Source: a virus. From it: DNA of 64,000 nucleotides. The notes under the pieces are model-generated. The model saw only the letters and a list, made by a program, of their open reading frames with translations. It was not told where the DNA came from and did no database searches. The stretch is taken from IMG/VR virus record IMGVR_UViG_3300008255_000002, one strand, 5' to 3'. Below, piece by piece: positions 1 to 11,600 of this stretch. Numbering within the stretch: position 1 is the stretch's first letter; every line of letters begins with the position of its first letter. The position numbers and the translations under genes were made by a program.

Positions 1-1
1 A

Positions 2-238
2 AAATCACAAACAGCAGACAGCACAATCTCCCTAAGCAAACTTTCACCGAGCTATCAGTTTATCAATCCTAATAATGTTGATAGGGATGTAAATTTACCA
101 ACTGTCGTTTCTGGTGATATTGGTTTATTTTATACAATTCAAAACAGTGCTCCAAGTGGCGTTAACACATTAACAGTTAAGAATGCTGGAGGAACTTCAA
201 CGTGTGCGCTGGTATTTATCATTAAAATGGGAGATTAA
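2..238 (+). CDS. 3' end of a virion protein (tail-fibre/decoration-like beta domain), truncated by window edge
   Basis: Open frame from base 2 to TAA at 236-238 (KSQTADSTISLSKLSPSYQFINPNNVDRDVNLPTVVSGDIGLFYTIQNSAP...MGD*); 'R.V.LP...G..Y.I.N' pattern is typical of phage fibre domains. Confidence 0.55.
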   Translation, partial: KSQTADSTISLSKLSPSYQFINPNNVDRDVNLPTVVSGDIGLFYTIQNSAPSGVNTLTVKNAGGTSTCALVFIIKMGD

Positions 239-244
239 TATCTA

Positions 245-757
245 ATGGGTAGAATTTTTACATTAACAGATGATATTAAACGTATTGCTACGGATGCATT
301 TGATGATTTATTAGATACACTTGGTAGACAGTGCCGTTTATATTATCCTCCTAAATCCATTAGATGCGAAAATTGTTCATTATCATTGGTTGGCGGAAAA
401 CCATCAAACAAGTATTTACATGGTGGACCGCAACCATTCCCGTTAGGATCTTTATGTCCCGCGTGCGGCGGAAATAATATTATTATGACTGAGGTTTATA
501 CAGATATAAATTTACTAATTACAGAAGATATAGCAAAATATAAAAAATTAGAAAATATTAATATCCCAAATGGATCTATTCGTACAAAAGGATATGTAAA
601 CGATATGCAAAAAGTTATGCAATGTGATTATATGATTAAAGATCATGAACAACAAGGCATACTGTATCAAAAATATCGTTTGTATGGAGAAATATTAATG
701 CCCGGAAATATTATTAAAAATAGATATTTTGTTTGTTATTGGGAGAGATTTCAATAA
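245..757 (+). CDS. Putative head-closure/neck protein with CxxC...CxxC zinc finger
   Basis: 170 aa, CENC and CPAC motifs, position ahead of tail genes. Confidence 0.45.
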   Translation: MGRIFTLTDDIKRIATDAFDDLLDTLGRQCRLYYPPKSIRCENCSLSLVGGKPSNKYLHGGPQPFPLGSLCPACGGNNIIMTEVYTDINLLITEDIAKYKKLENINIPNGSIRTKGYVNDMQKVMQCDYMIKDHEQQGILYQKYRLYGEILMPGNIIKNRYFVCYWERFQ

Positions 758-1416
758 TGCAAATTAAAGTAAAATTCAATGAAACAGAAATTACTTTACG
801 GAGGAAGATCATCGATGAGTTCACTAAACAATTCAATAGTAGAGCAATGTCTAGGATACACACTCTTAGGAATTCTATTGCTTTATTATTCAGCGAAACT
901 GTTTGTTCATCTGCAACAGTTCTATCATTATCAAGTGGTTATTTAAAAGGTCACTTTGGTTTGATATCAGGCGAAACAAAAATAACACAATTAAAAGAAG
1001 CATTATATAATTCCGTAAAAGTTGATTTTCAACCATTGAAATCAAATATAAATAATATTAGTGGAGGATTGACTATTACGGCATTACAAGATGGATATCC
1101 AGAATTAACAGAAAATTCAGATTTTTATTATCTTTCTGGAGAAAAACAATATAAAATTGAATGGTTAAAATGGTTGTTGTTAGAGGGTTCTAATGTAATT
1201 ATTTCTGATTATTCAATTCGTTTTAAAGGTTCGTCAAATAAGGCTATTTTTAATGATAGTCGTTCTGGATTTGCAATTATGGTAAAGGGCGGAACATGGA
1301 GAGTTCCAACTACTTATTCAGGTACAGAATCAAATAATTTTATTACAAGGTCTTTAAATTCTTCGTTTTATAGCAAATTAACAAAGATTATAAAAAATGA
1401 GCTATCTAACCTTTAA
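757..1416 (+). CDS. Putative neck/tail-completion protein
   Basis: ATG at 757 overlaps the upstream TAA (TAATG); synteny within morphogenesis block. Confidence 0.4.
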   Translation: MQIKVKFNETEITLRRKIIDEFTKQFNSRAMSRIHTLRNSIALLFSETVCSSATVLSLSSGYLKGHFGLISGETKITQLKEALYNSVKVDFQPLKSNINNISGGLTITALQDGYPELTENSDFYYLSGEKQYKIEWLKWLLLEGSNVIISDYSIRFKGSSNKAIFNDSRSGFAIMVKGGTWRVPTTYSGTESNNFITRSLNSSFYSKLTKIIKNELSNL

Positions 1417-2356
1417 AAATGTAACAGATATTGGTCAATTACAATCAACAAATCAGTTGGTAGTTAATCTATCTTTATGGTTTGATTGGGCGTTTTTATC
1501 TATAGGAAGTTTTTATAATGTAAATAGAAATATTTCTGGTGTCTATGGTGGTAGCCCATCTTATCTAAGAAGTGTATCCGACCCAAATTATATAAATGGA
1601 TGTGTTTGGGAATCCGCTCGATCAAATTGGGTTTACGAAACAGGTATAACATATCAATATAATAATATTAATTATTCTGGAATTTATATAAATAATAATT
1701 TTTATGAATATAGTACAACTGGAGTTTATTCGCACGCAGTAGATTTCCCTAAAGGACGTGTTATTTTTGATAATCCTATCAGTGTAACGGGAAATATTAT
1801 AGAATGCGAATACTCTTTTAAATATATTAATGTATTAGATTCAAATAATCAGGTGGCAAAAACACTTATGTTTGATTCTATGAGATTTGATAGTCCACAA
1901 TTTAATCAAATTGGATCTGGTATATGGAATAAATTATCTCAATCAAGAGTTCAGTTGCCAGCAATTATTATAGACCCAACATCTCGTATTAGGCACACTC
2001 CTTATGAGTTAGGCGGGGGTGTTTGGAGATATCAAGATATTTTACTTCATGTTATAGCAGAAACCCCTTATGAATGTAATAATATTACTGATATACTCCT
2101 TAACCAAAAAGACAAGACAATATTTTTATTTGATGTTGATCGTGTTGATGAATCTGGTTTAATGCCATTGGATTATCGTGGTGATAGGGCGACAAACGGA
2201 TTAATGTATCCAGATTTAGTTAAAGAAGAAAACGGGTATAGATTAAGGAGATGTTTGATAGATAACTCTGTTTCTGATTCTTATCCTGATTTATATAATG
2301 GTTTATATAGGTCTGTTGTACAATGGACGTGTAAAATAAATGTCCCAAGTGTATAA
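1397..2356 (+). CDS. Putative tail terminator-like structural protein
   Basis: 319 aa, immediately before major tail gene; 'QLPAIIID...YELGGG...DILLHVIAET' resembles tail-terminator folds. Confidence 0.5.
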   Translation: MSYLTFKNVTDIGQLQSTNQLVVNLSLWFDWAFLSIGSFYNVNRNISGVYGGSPSYLRSVSDPNYINGCVWESARSNWVYETGITYQYNNINYSGIYINNNFYEYSTTGVYSHAVDFPKGRVIFDNPISVTGNIIECEYSFKYINVLDSNNQVAKTLMFDSMRFDSPQFNQIGSGIWNKLSQSRVQLPAIIIDPTSRIRHTPYELGGGVWRYQDILLHVIAETPYECNNITDILLNQKDKTIFLFDVDRVDESGLMPLDYRGDRATNGLMYPDLVKEENGYRLRRCLIDNSVSDSYPDLYNGLYRSVVQWTCKINVPSV

Positions 2357-2364
2357 ATTATAAA
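2349..2364 (+). promoter_or_regulatory. Candidate phage promoter motif GTGTAT...TATA upstream of major tail gene
   Basis: GTGTATAAATTATAAA followed by GGAG RBS; the same hexamer recurs at 5593 and on the minus strand at 23143, 23456 and 23574. Confidence 0.35.
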
Positions 2365-2389
2365 GGTTTTATTTTTTTGGAGCAAATAA

Positions 2390-3463
2390 ATGAGTACAAA
2401 TGCAAGATTATATTATGCTGTTGTTCAAATGGGTGTTGCTAATCCTGGAAGCAATGTCTTTAGAGAGGTCCACGGTTTACAATCTGTTGGACTAACAACT
2501 AACTTTACACTAGATCAAATTTTTGAAATTGGTCAAATTGAAATTTATGAAAATAAAGAAGGTTCTCCAGAAATTCAGTTAACCGCGCAAAAAGTATTAG
2601 ATGGATATCCCCTAATTTACCACTTAGCTACTCAACAGGCTGGAAACCCATCTTTAGCCGGTCGTTCGCGTGCAACTTGTATTTTGGGTCTATCAACCTT
2701 CGATGATACAAAAGAATCCGCTTCAGGAAATCCATTAGCTGAAGTTATTATGTCTGGTATGTATGTTAACTCGCTTTCTTATACATTTAATGTTGATGGT
2801 TCTTTCACTGAAGATTTAACATTTCAGGGACAAAGTAAGATATGGAAAACTAGTAATTATGTTCTAACTGGTGTTTTCCAAAATAATGATTCTCCATATG
2901 CTATTACTGGTTCTGGCGGTATAAATCAAAGACAAAACTTTGTATGGGCTGATTCTACTAATGGTGGAACAACCCGCGATGCTAATAGTATGGTTGGAAC
3001 AGTTGTAGCTAGTGTTATTCCTCCAGATATTGATGGTATTACCTCTTCTGGAACTAATCCTTTACAGGTTGATGGTTCTCGTAGTGCTCACGTACAATCA
3101 ATTTCTGTATCTACAGATTTAAATCGTAAAGAACTATTTGAATTAGGTCGTAAAACACCATATTTCCGATCACCACAATTCCCCGTTCCTGTAAACTGCT
3201 CGATTACAACTCTTATGAAAGAAATGGATAATGTTGATGCTTTTGAAAATGTTGATAATCTAACAAACAGAACCATTAAAATTAAATCACAAGAAGGTAC
3301 ATTTATTAATCTTGGTACTAAAAATAAACTACAATCTGTTGATGTTGGTGGTGGTGATACAGGTGGTGGAGAATTTACACTGACATATAACTATGTAACT
3401 CAAAACACATTACTTGTTATTCACCCTCAAGATCCTGTTACTGCTTTTAGAACACCACAATAA
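2390..3463 (+). CDS. Major tail (tube) protein
   Basis: 357 aa, beta-rich with a duplicated 'QSV..TT....IFELG' motif, GGAG RBS, position upstream of chaperones and TMP. Confidence 0.7.
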   Translation: MSTNARLYYAVVQMGVANPGSNVFREVHGLQSVGLTTNFTLDQIFEIGQIEIYENKEGSPEIQLTAQKVLDGYPLIYHLATQQAGNPSLAGRSRATCILGLSTFDDTKESASGNPLAEVIMSGMYVNSLSYTFNVDGSFTEDLTFQGQSKIWKTSNYVLTGVFQNNDSPYAITGSGGINQRQNFVWADSTNGGTTRDANSMVGTVVASVIPPDIDGITSSGTNPLQVDGSRSAHVQSISVSTDLNRKELFELGRKTPYFRSPQFPVPVNCSITTLMKEMDNVDAFENVDNLTNRTIKIKSQEGTFINLGTKNKLQSVDVGGGDTGGGEFTLTYNYVTQNTLLVIHPQDPVTAFRTPQ

Positions 3464-3468
3464 TAATT

Positions 3469-4488
3469 ATGAATAATGATGAAATTGAATTAAACGTCTC
3501 TCGTATTATTACGGGGGACGTTATTATTTTATGGAATAATGAAGAACTATTAATTAAAAAACCTGATCGTATCATTAAATATCGTGCCGAGATTTTATAT
3601 CAAAACAAACTTAATGATGCTAAAAATCATGGTTTTTGGGATGAAGAAGAATTATTGGAATTTATGGTTGATTCTGATTTATGGAATAATGAAAATGAAA
3701 AAATATTAAATAAAATAAATAGTGATATACCAGATTTTAAAATCAAATTATATGAAAATTACTATAAAGAAGAATCCAAACAATCAATAAAAAAAATAAT
3801 TTTTTCTGCTGTATCCAAACAAAAAGAGTATTTGATTAAAAGGCATTCATATGATCATTTAACCGATAGAGGTTATGCGCTTACCGCAAAAAACAGATTT
3901 TTAATATCAAATTGCGTGTATGATATATTAGGAAATAAAATTACTCGTGGATTAGATATAGATCAATTATATTATTTATATAGTAAGGTTTTATTAGGGG
4001 ATTCTGATATTAGAACTGTTGCAAAATCTGATATTTGGAAAAATATTTGGAATAATAGAAAGTGTTCTAGTAGTTTGTTTGGCGGTGACGTTGTTGATAT
4101 GACAGATGAACAAAAAATGTTAGCTAGTTGGTCATCTTTTTATGATTCTATACAAGAACACCCTGAAAAACCATCAGATCAAATTATTTATGATGACGAT
4201 GCTTTTGATGGGTGGTTATTAAAACAGCGCAAAGATAAAGAAGTTAATGATTGTAAAAAAGATATTGAAGGATTGATTGATAAAAAAATAGCGAATGCAC
4301 AAGAGGTATTTATTCCTCTAAATAAAGCTGATAAAAAATTTATTAATTCTATGAATTCGGATAGAGCTAAAAAAATTAAAGAAAAACGATTTCAAGCAAT
4401 TAACGATAAAGGAGTCTTAAATCATATAGATTTACCTGATGTTAAACGAGAAGTTCAAATGCAAGCAAATAGGATGAACAATGGATAA
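3469..4488 (+). CDS. Putative tail assembly chaperone-like protein
   Basis: 339 aa, helical and charged, lies between tail tube and TMP. Confidence 0.45.
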   Translation: MNNDEIELNVSRIITGDVIILWNNEELLIKKPDRIIKYRAEILYQNKLNDAKNHGFWDEEELLEFMVDSDLWNNENEKILNKINSDIPDFKIKLYENYYKEESKQSIKKIIFSAVSKQKEYLIKRHSYDHLTDRGYALTAKNRFLISNCVYDILGNKITRGLDIDQLYYLYSKVLLGDSDIRTVAKSDIWKNIWNNRKCSSSLFGGDVVDMTDEQKMLASWSSFYDSIQEHPEKPSDQIIYDDDAFDGWLLKQRKDKEVNDCKKDIEGLIDKKIANAQEVFIPLNKADKKFINSMNSDRAKKIKEKRFQAINDKGVLNHIDLPDVKREVQMQANRMNNG

Positions 4489-4810
4489 AAGTGATCAAAT
4501 CAGAGAAGAACTAAAACAGATGATCAATAAGGCTATTTTAACTGTTGGTGTTGGTGAAATAGCAGAAATAGAATCGTTTGTTGGGTTTTTATGGGGTCAA
4601 AATAAACATATTGATCAATTAAATCAAGAAGAATTTGAATGTAGAAAGGAGTGGGAAATAATTAGGAAAAATTTCTTTGATAAGATGAACGATCTAATAA
4701 AAAGATTGGATAAAAAAATAGATTCTTTAGAATTTGAAGAAAGAAAATATACATATATCTTTTATAACAAGAAAAATAATGGGATCAATAAGGAAAGGAT
4801 CAGAAAATGA
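4481..4810 (+). CDS. Hypothetical protein
   Basis: 109-aa ORF overlapping both neighbours. Confidence 0.6.
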   Translation: MDKSDQIREELKQMINKAILTVGVGEIAEIESFVGFLWGQNKHIDQLNQEEFECRKEWEIIRKNFFDKMNDLIKRLDKKIDSLEFEERKYTYIFYNKKNNGINKERIRK

Positions 4811-5592
4811 AACTTGAAGAAACTTTTAAAACTGTAGACACTGAAAAAAATGAAATCGAACTATTGGTTCGTAGACCGGATGACGAAGCATTAAACGAAA
4901 GTACAAAAGTATTTTTTGATACATTTAATCATGCAAAAAATGTTTTAAAATCTCCCCTACGTCTACAAAACCAAAATCAACTAAAGGAATTGGGGATCTG
5001 GACAGAAGATAAAGATAAACAATTAGATAAGTTAGAGAAAGATATTAAAAAATCATGTATCAAACTTACCAAAGTTAAAAATAAAAAAGAAGGTCGTAAT
5101 TTAGCATTAAAGATTCGTGAGTTGCGTACCGAATATACAAATCTAATTTCAGAACAGAATTATCTAGACGATCTTACATGTGAAAGTCAAGCCAACAACA
5201 AAAAAATGGATTATTGGGTTTCTGCGTGTACTTTTTATTCTGATACCCTGGAACCGTTTTTCTCTAGTCTTGAAGACTTTACAAAACGTAGAAATGAAAA
5301 AGCAGCTAATGATGCTTATACAGCTATGCTTAAACTTATGTTTGATCTAGATGCTAATCCGCAAAAGAAAAATCCAGAAAATCAATTTTTACTAAAACAT
5401 AAGATGTGTAATGATGATTTATATCTAGTTGATTCGGATGGAAATCTTTGTGATAGAGATTATAAAAAAATTAAATTAGTTAATAACCTTCCATATTATG
5501 TTAATGATAAAGATGAAATTGTAGATGATGAAGGAAATCTATTAAACGAAGATGGGTCTTTGAAATTAGACTTCCCAGACCTAGACGAATAA
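4807..5592 (+). CDS. Putative tail assembly chaperone
   Basis: 261 aa, ATGA overlap, directly before TMP; N-terminal half resembles 3469..4488 (LLVRRP/LLIKKP, GIW/GFW). Confidence 0.5.
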   Translation: MKLEETFKTVDTEKNEIELLVRRPDDEALNESTKVFFDTFNHAKNVLKSPLRLQNQNQLKELGIWTEDKDKQLDKLEKDIKKSCIKLTKVKNKKEGRNLALKIRELRTEYTNLISEQNYLDDLTCESQANNKKMDYWVSACTFYSDTLEPFFSSLEDFTKRRNEKAANDAYTAMLKLMFDLDANPQKKNPENQFLLKHKMCNDDLYLVDSDGNLCDRDYKKIKLVNNLPYYVNDKDEIVDDEGNLLNEDGSLKLDFPDLDE

Positions 5593-5621
5593 GTGTATCT
5601 TTAAATAGGAATTATTATAAT

Positions 5622-5663
5622 GGACTCTCAATCTTTGCAAATTGATTGAGGGTTCTTTTTTTT
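5622..5663 (+). terminator. Intrinsic terminator directly upstream of the tape measure gene
   Basis: GGACTCTCAATC-loop-GATTGAGGGTTC stem followed by a T8 run. Confidence 0.7.
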
Positions 5664-5673
5664 GAGGTAGCAT

Positions 5674-8600
5674 ATGTCAATACCATTAAGCGCACAATTA
5701 CAGATTTCGCCACCACAAAATTTAAATCAAGTTAGACAAGCTATTCAGTCATCGTTGAATGGTGTTAGAGCGGATATTAACGTCGCTATTAAACAAGGAT
5801 CTTTAAATAATATAAGTAGTTTAAATAATAATATTAATAATCTACAATCTAATATTAATAAGATTCCATCTTCTATAAATAAAGCGAATCGTTCCTTTGT
5901 ATCGTTTTCTGATAATATAGCTGTTTCTACAAGACGTATGACAGCGTTTATTATTGGTTTAACTGCTGTATCAAAAATTGAAAGTGCATTTTTTGATGCT
6001 GCTAAATCAGCGCTTGAATTTCAACATGAATTAGTTCGTTTAGGGCAAATTGGTAATGATACACGTAATGATATTGCATCTATCTCAAATGAAGTTGGTC
6101 GTTTAAGTAAAGCATTTGGTACATTTTCTGGTGATTTATTAAAAAGCGCATCGACATTAAGACAAGCCGGTTTTAATATAAAAGAAACTGTTGGTTTTTT
6201 AGAAACTCTTGCTAAAACAACTCTTGCACCAACATTTGATAATTTAGAACAAACAACAGAAGGTGCAATTGCTATCATGAATCAATTTGGTAGTACAATT
6301 AATGATAGCTCTGGTAAAATAGCTTTTCTAGAGAAATCTTTAGGCGCAATTAATAAAGTATCTGCTAGATATGCTGTTGAGTCTAGTGATTTAATTGGTG
6401 CCGTTCAACGTACAGGTGGAGCATTTGAGGCGGCTGGTGGAAATTTAAATGAATTAATTGGTATTATGACTTCTATTCGTTCTTCTACTCGTGAATCCGC
6501 CGAAACAATTGCTACTGCATTACGTACTATTTTTGGTAGATTACAGAGAACCGATACAGTTGAAAGGTTATCACAATTAGGTGTTCAATTACGTATTACC
6601 GCACAAGAGGCGGCACGATCAGGAAAAGAAATTGGTGAATTCGTAGGTCCATATAGAGCTATTCAAGAAATTGGAAAAGCATTAGAGAATGTTCCTAGGG
6701 GAAGTGTGGTTTTCGCCCAAATAGCTGAAGAAATTGGCGGTATTCGTCAATTATCAAAAGTTATTCCCCTTCTAAAAGAATATAAACTTGCACGCGAAGC
6801 AACATTAACCGCTGAACGTGGCTCTTTTTCTTTAGATGCTGATGCGGTTCGCGCACAACAATCTTTAGCTGTTCAATTAAGCAAGACTGCCGAAAATTTC
6901 AGGGATTTATTTAGAACATTAGCCGATAACGACCCATTAAAAGAATTTATTTCAACATCTCTTAAAGCTGTAAACGCATTAATTGAAATGGGTAAGGTTC
7001 TTAAACCTCTTGTTCCTTTATTTTTAACTCTTGGTGGTTTTAAGATTGGACAACTTGGAACAGATACAGTAAGAAAATTAATTGGTGGCGCGGGCGGTAT
7101 ACCATCGGCAAGTATAACAGGTGGAAAATATGGTTATGCTTCTGGAGGAACAGTTAAACGATTTAACACTGGTGGTCCGGTTCCCGGTCATATGAATACA
7201 GATAGCATTCCTTCTCTTTTAACTCCTGGCGAATATGTATTTTCAAAAAAAGCCGCACAAAAAATTGGATATGCAAAATTAAATAAAATGAATCGTGCTG
7301 GTTATGCTAGAGGCGGAAAAGTTAAACCCAAAATGTCTGATATTATCAAACAAATGGGTGATTATGAAGATATTGCCCCTACTCTTGATTTAGACAATTA
7401 TCCAAATCCACCAGATTTAATAGATCCAAAAGCTAGAAAAAATATCGACGAAAGAATCAAGGCTCTTTTTGGACCAAAGATGACACGTAATGATCTTAGA
7501 CCGTTTGAGTTAGGGAGTGGAAAGAAATCTACAGACGAATCATCTTATAATTATTTTACTACAAGGTCTCTTAAAGAAACAAGAAAAGAAAAACGTCCAT
7601 TAAAACTACTTGGATATGAATTTAAAAAACGAAATGTTTATGGTAAAGAAATTCCTCAATTTAAAAGAGATCGTAATGATAATTTTGAAGATGGGATTAT
7701 TAATACTTTATATAGTGAATTTAAATCATATCTACCTAAAAAGTACGATACATACGACTTTGACCCACAAAATAAAATAGATCCACAACCAATAGATAAT
7801 TATATCAAATTCGATCAATCTCGCGGTGGACGCTCACAAGAAAGATATTATCAGAACCAAATCGTTAAAAAAGTTTTTGGCGAACAAAATATCAAACTAT
7901 CAGATTTGCTACCTTTTGAACGTCCAGACGTAACAACTAGCGATATTACCAAAAGAATATCAAAAGAAAAAGATATTACACTAAAAGATTTTCGATCTGT
8001 ATTCGGTAAAAAACCACAGTTAGACCAATTATCTAAAAATACATTAATTTCTGGGTTGGGGAATGGTATCACTTCTGATGATTTATATCCTTTTGAAATC
8101 CCAAATAACAAAACCCAAAAATTACCAAAAAGTATATTTGAACAACAAAGATTCTCCCTTAATACACAAAAAGAATTACGACCATTAAAATTGCTTGGAC
8201 ACGAGTTTCAGAAAAGAGATGTTTATGGCAATATAATCCCAAGATATAAAAAAGATATTATTCGTGCGGCAAAAAGATCAAATCAACCAATAGATACTTT
8301 TGAATTTGGATCAAGAGAACCCGTTGCTGAATTTGGTAATATTCTATTTGATAATTCTCCGCAAGGACAAACTCAGCGAAGAAAATATCAAAATCAAATA
8401 GTTAAAAATGTATTTGGTGAAAATTTTAAATTATCAGATTTGCGTCCTGGCGAACGTCCTGATGTTCAGAAACGCGATGTAATTAGTGGAGATAATGAAG
8501 TTTCTCTATCTCAATTTAGACAAGTTTTTGGAAGAAAACCACGTTTAGAATCTGATATGGTTGATCCTATTGATAGCACTATTGCACAAGTGTTCGGTAA

Positions 8601-11600
8601 AGGTGTTACAAAAGAAGATTTACATCCATCTGATATTCCAACAACTTCGCGTACAAGTATTATTCCTCCTAAAAGACAAAATCCATTATATCTTGGTAGA
8701 AGTCCAGAAGCATTTAGATTTAAAATTCTTGGTAGCGTGGCTTATGGTCCCGATCAATATGATATAGATGGGAACAGAGTTATTTCTGATAGACTTCCGA
8801 AAAAATTCTTTGGTAGAAGTGGGCGCACATATGATACTCGTAAGAGATATCAAACTGGCGGATCTGTATTTAGAGGGTTTGTTCCCGGCGTTGGAAATGG
8901 CGATACTTATCCTGCTGAATTAGAAGAAGGATCATTTGTATTAAGGAAGGCTGCTGTTGAAGCGTTCAAACCATCGTTGATGAGCGAACCAGAAAATAAT
9001 TTATTGTCTCATCAATATGAAATAGCAATGAAATTAAAAGCTATGGGCGGGATGGGTGCAACATTAAGGAAATATTCTAAGGGCGGAATTGTTCAAAAAT
9101 TTAAAGAAGGTGGAACGGTCCCCGGTATAGATAACGAAATTAGAAGAATCTTAAAAAACCTCGGATTAAAAGATATTGATATTAGTGGAATTGTTAAATC
9201 TATTGAAGTAAATCCAGAACTATTAAACTCCCTAAGCAAACAAGGGGCTACACCTAAAGGTTATTTTCAACCGTCGCAACAATTAGGCACATCTGGACAA
9301 ATTACACTAAAAGATATTAGTAAAACATCATTACAAGAAACATTACCTCATGAATTAGCCCATGCACTAGATGACGCTGGTAGATTAAATAGTGGATCTT
9401 TAATATCTGGATCATCCTCAACAATTCAATCTATTTCCGAAAGAGCTTTTGATAGATTTGTAAGCCCCAATAAACAAAAAATATACCGTGATAAAATTTA
9501 TGGCAATCGATATGATAAAATGCGTTCTGTTGAAGGTTTCGCCAATCTATTACAAAGATACCAGAAATATCAGTCTAGTGGTTCAATAGGTAAATTTAGA
9601 CAACGTAAAGATAAAGACCTATTTAATGCTTACGAAAGCGTGATTCTTCCACTTTTACAACAAAATACAGAAGAATTTTTTGGTTCTGCTCCATCACGAC
9701 TCCCCTCTAATATCACTAATTTTGTAACAAAACCAATTAATTTTGGAACATCTACATCTTTGCAACCATCGCCACAAAGTCCAACTCCTGATATACTTTC
9801 ATCATTAGGCAGTATATCTAAATCTCCTAATCTATCATCGTTTATTAGTGGCGGATCAACACCAACTAATCCACCACAACCCCCTAATCAACAACCACAA
9901 TTTCCAAATAATCTTAGATTTCTTGATGTGTTTAGACGTGCTGGATTCGCAACTAAAGAAAAAGGCGATTTTAATCCATTAGTTGATTTAATGAAATCTT
10001 TAGGGTTTAATACTTTTAGTGGTCGAGACGGCGCAACCAAAACATTATCACAAAGAATTGATTTTAATGATCCAAAACAATTAGGTTTTGCTCAAGACGT
10101 TCCAAATACATTATCTAATATTGGTAAAACATTTGATATTCGTCCAGATCAAATTAATAATTTAATTAAATATAATAGAATTGGATTACCTACAAACCTA
10201 GATCCAACAAACGAAGCATTTACCGATCCTTCAGAATTATCTAGCCTTATTGGTGTTATTAATCAATTACAAGGATCAACAGGAACATTCCAAGATACTT
10301 TTGGTAAAATTCCATCAAAAGGTAGATCAAAAACAGATATAACTAAAGATAGAATATCTCAAATTAATTATATTAATAAGTTATCTTCTTTTAGTGGTGG
10401 ATCTTTCAACGTACAAAAAGCAAAAACACCACTACAATCATTACAACAAAATGTTCCTTTATCTGGAAAATTAGATTTAGATAGTTTGGGTTTAAAACCT
10501 AATGAAGTTAATACTCTTGGTGGAATTTCCAAAATTACAAAAATCCCACAGAAGGTAATTTCTGGGGTTTTATTAGGGAAAGGAAAAACTAAAAGAAGTG
10601 ATGAGTTAAGAACGGGATTATTATCATCCGGCGTTTTAGGTGTTAATTCTATTAGTCGTGATGATATTTTACAAAAGAAAAATGCCTCAATTCAAGATTT
10701 AGAGATATTAGCTAAAGGCGGACAATCTTCTATAGAAAGAGAATCTCTTAATTTTAATCAACAAATTAATGATCCTGGATTACAAAATCTAATCATCTCT
10801 CAATTATTAGGTTATCGCGGAATTGGTAGAAATAAAGAAAAATTAGACGCAACATCATTAGGAAATTTACCTATAAACCCGTCTAATTTTAGTAGATTTG
10901 ATAGTGGTGTAACTAGACGTGATGCTAGAAAATCTCAATTCCGCAAAGATTTTGATTTTCTAAAAGATAATAAATTAACAAGGTCTATTGGTGCAGATAA
11001 ACTTATAAATAGAGGATCTTCATTATTAAGTGGTTTTGGAGCCGGATTAAAAGATAAATTCTACACAGAAGATGATGTAATTGCCGCTAGAGAGATTGCT
11101 GAAAAAGAAACTTTAGAAAAACGCGCATCTGGTTTAATTGGGGAAGATGATTTTGTTAGACCTAGCGTTTCTAAAACTGGTTATAAACAAAATAAAAAAA
11201 TTGGTTTATCTAGAAGGCTTGGAAGGCTTCCAGGGAAAATTAGCCGTGGTTTAGGGAAGTTTTCTGCTGGTCTTTCTGGAAGTGCTCTAGGTATTGGTAT
11301 CGGAGCACAATTACTTGCCCAACAATTACCAGATAACACATCTTCTGATGCTGGATTTAAAGGATCTTTACAATATGGATCTACTGGTGCGTTAGTTGGC
11401 TCTGCTTTTGGTCCGCAAGGCGTAGCTTTAGGTGCATTAACAGGCGGTATTTACGGGGCAACAAAAGGATTAGAAGATTTTCAAAAGAAACTATTAGAAA
11501 AAGATTTTGGAAAAGCATTAGAAAGTTTAGATTTTCAATTAACTAAGCTTTCTAATAATTTTGAATCTTTTGATTCTTCTAAAATCACAAATAGTTTTAA

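Noticed and set aside
3469-5592. Lambda G/GT-style programmed frameshift in tail chaperones
   Set aside because: Three ORFs each have their own ATG with simple overlaps; no convincing slippery site joining frames
7450-8800. Diversity-generating retroelement template/variable repeat pair
   Set aside because: Repeats are highly diverged at all bases rather than adenine-specific, and no reverse transcriptase is in the window
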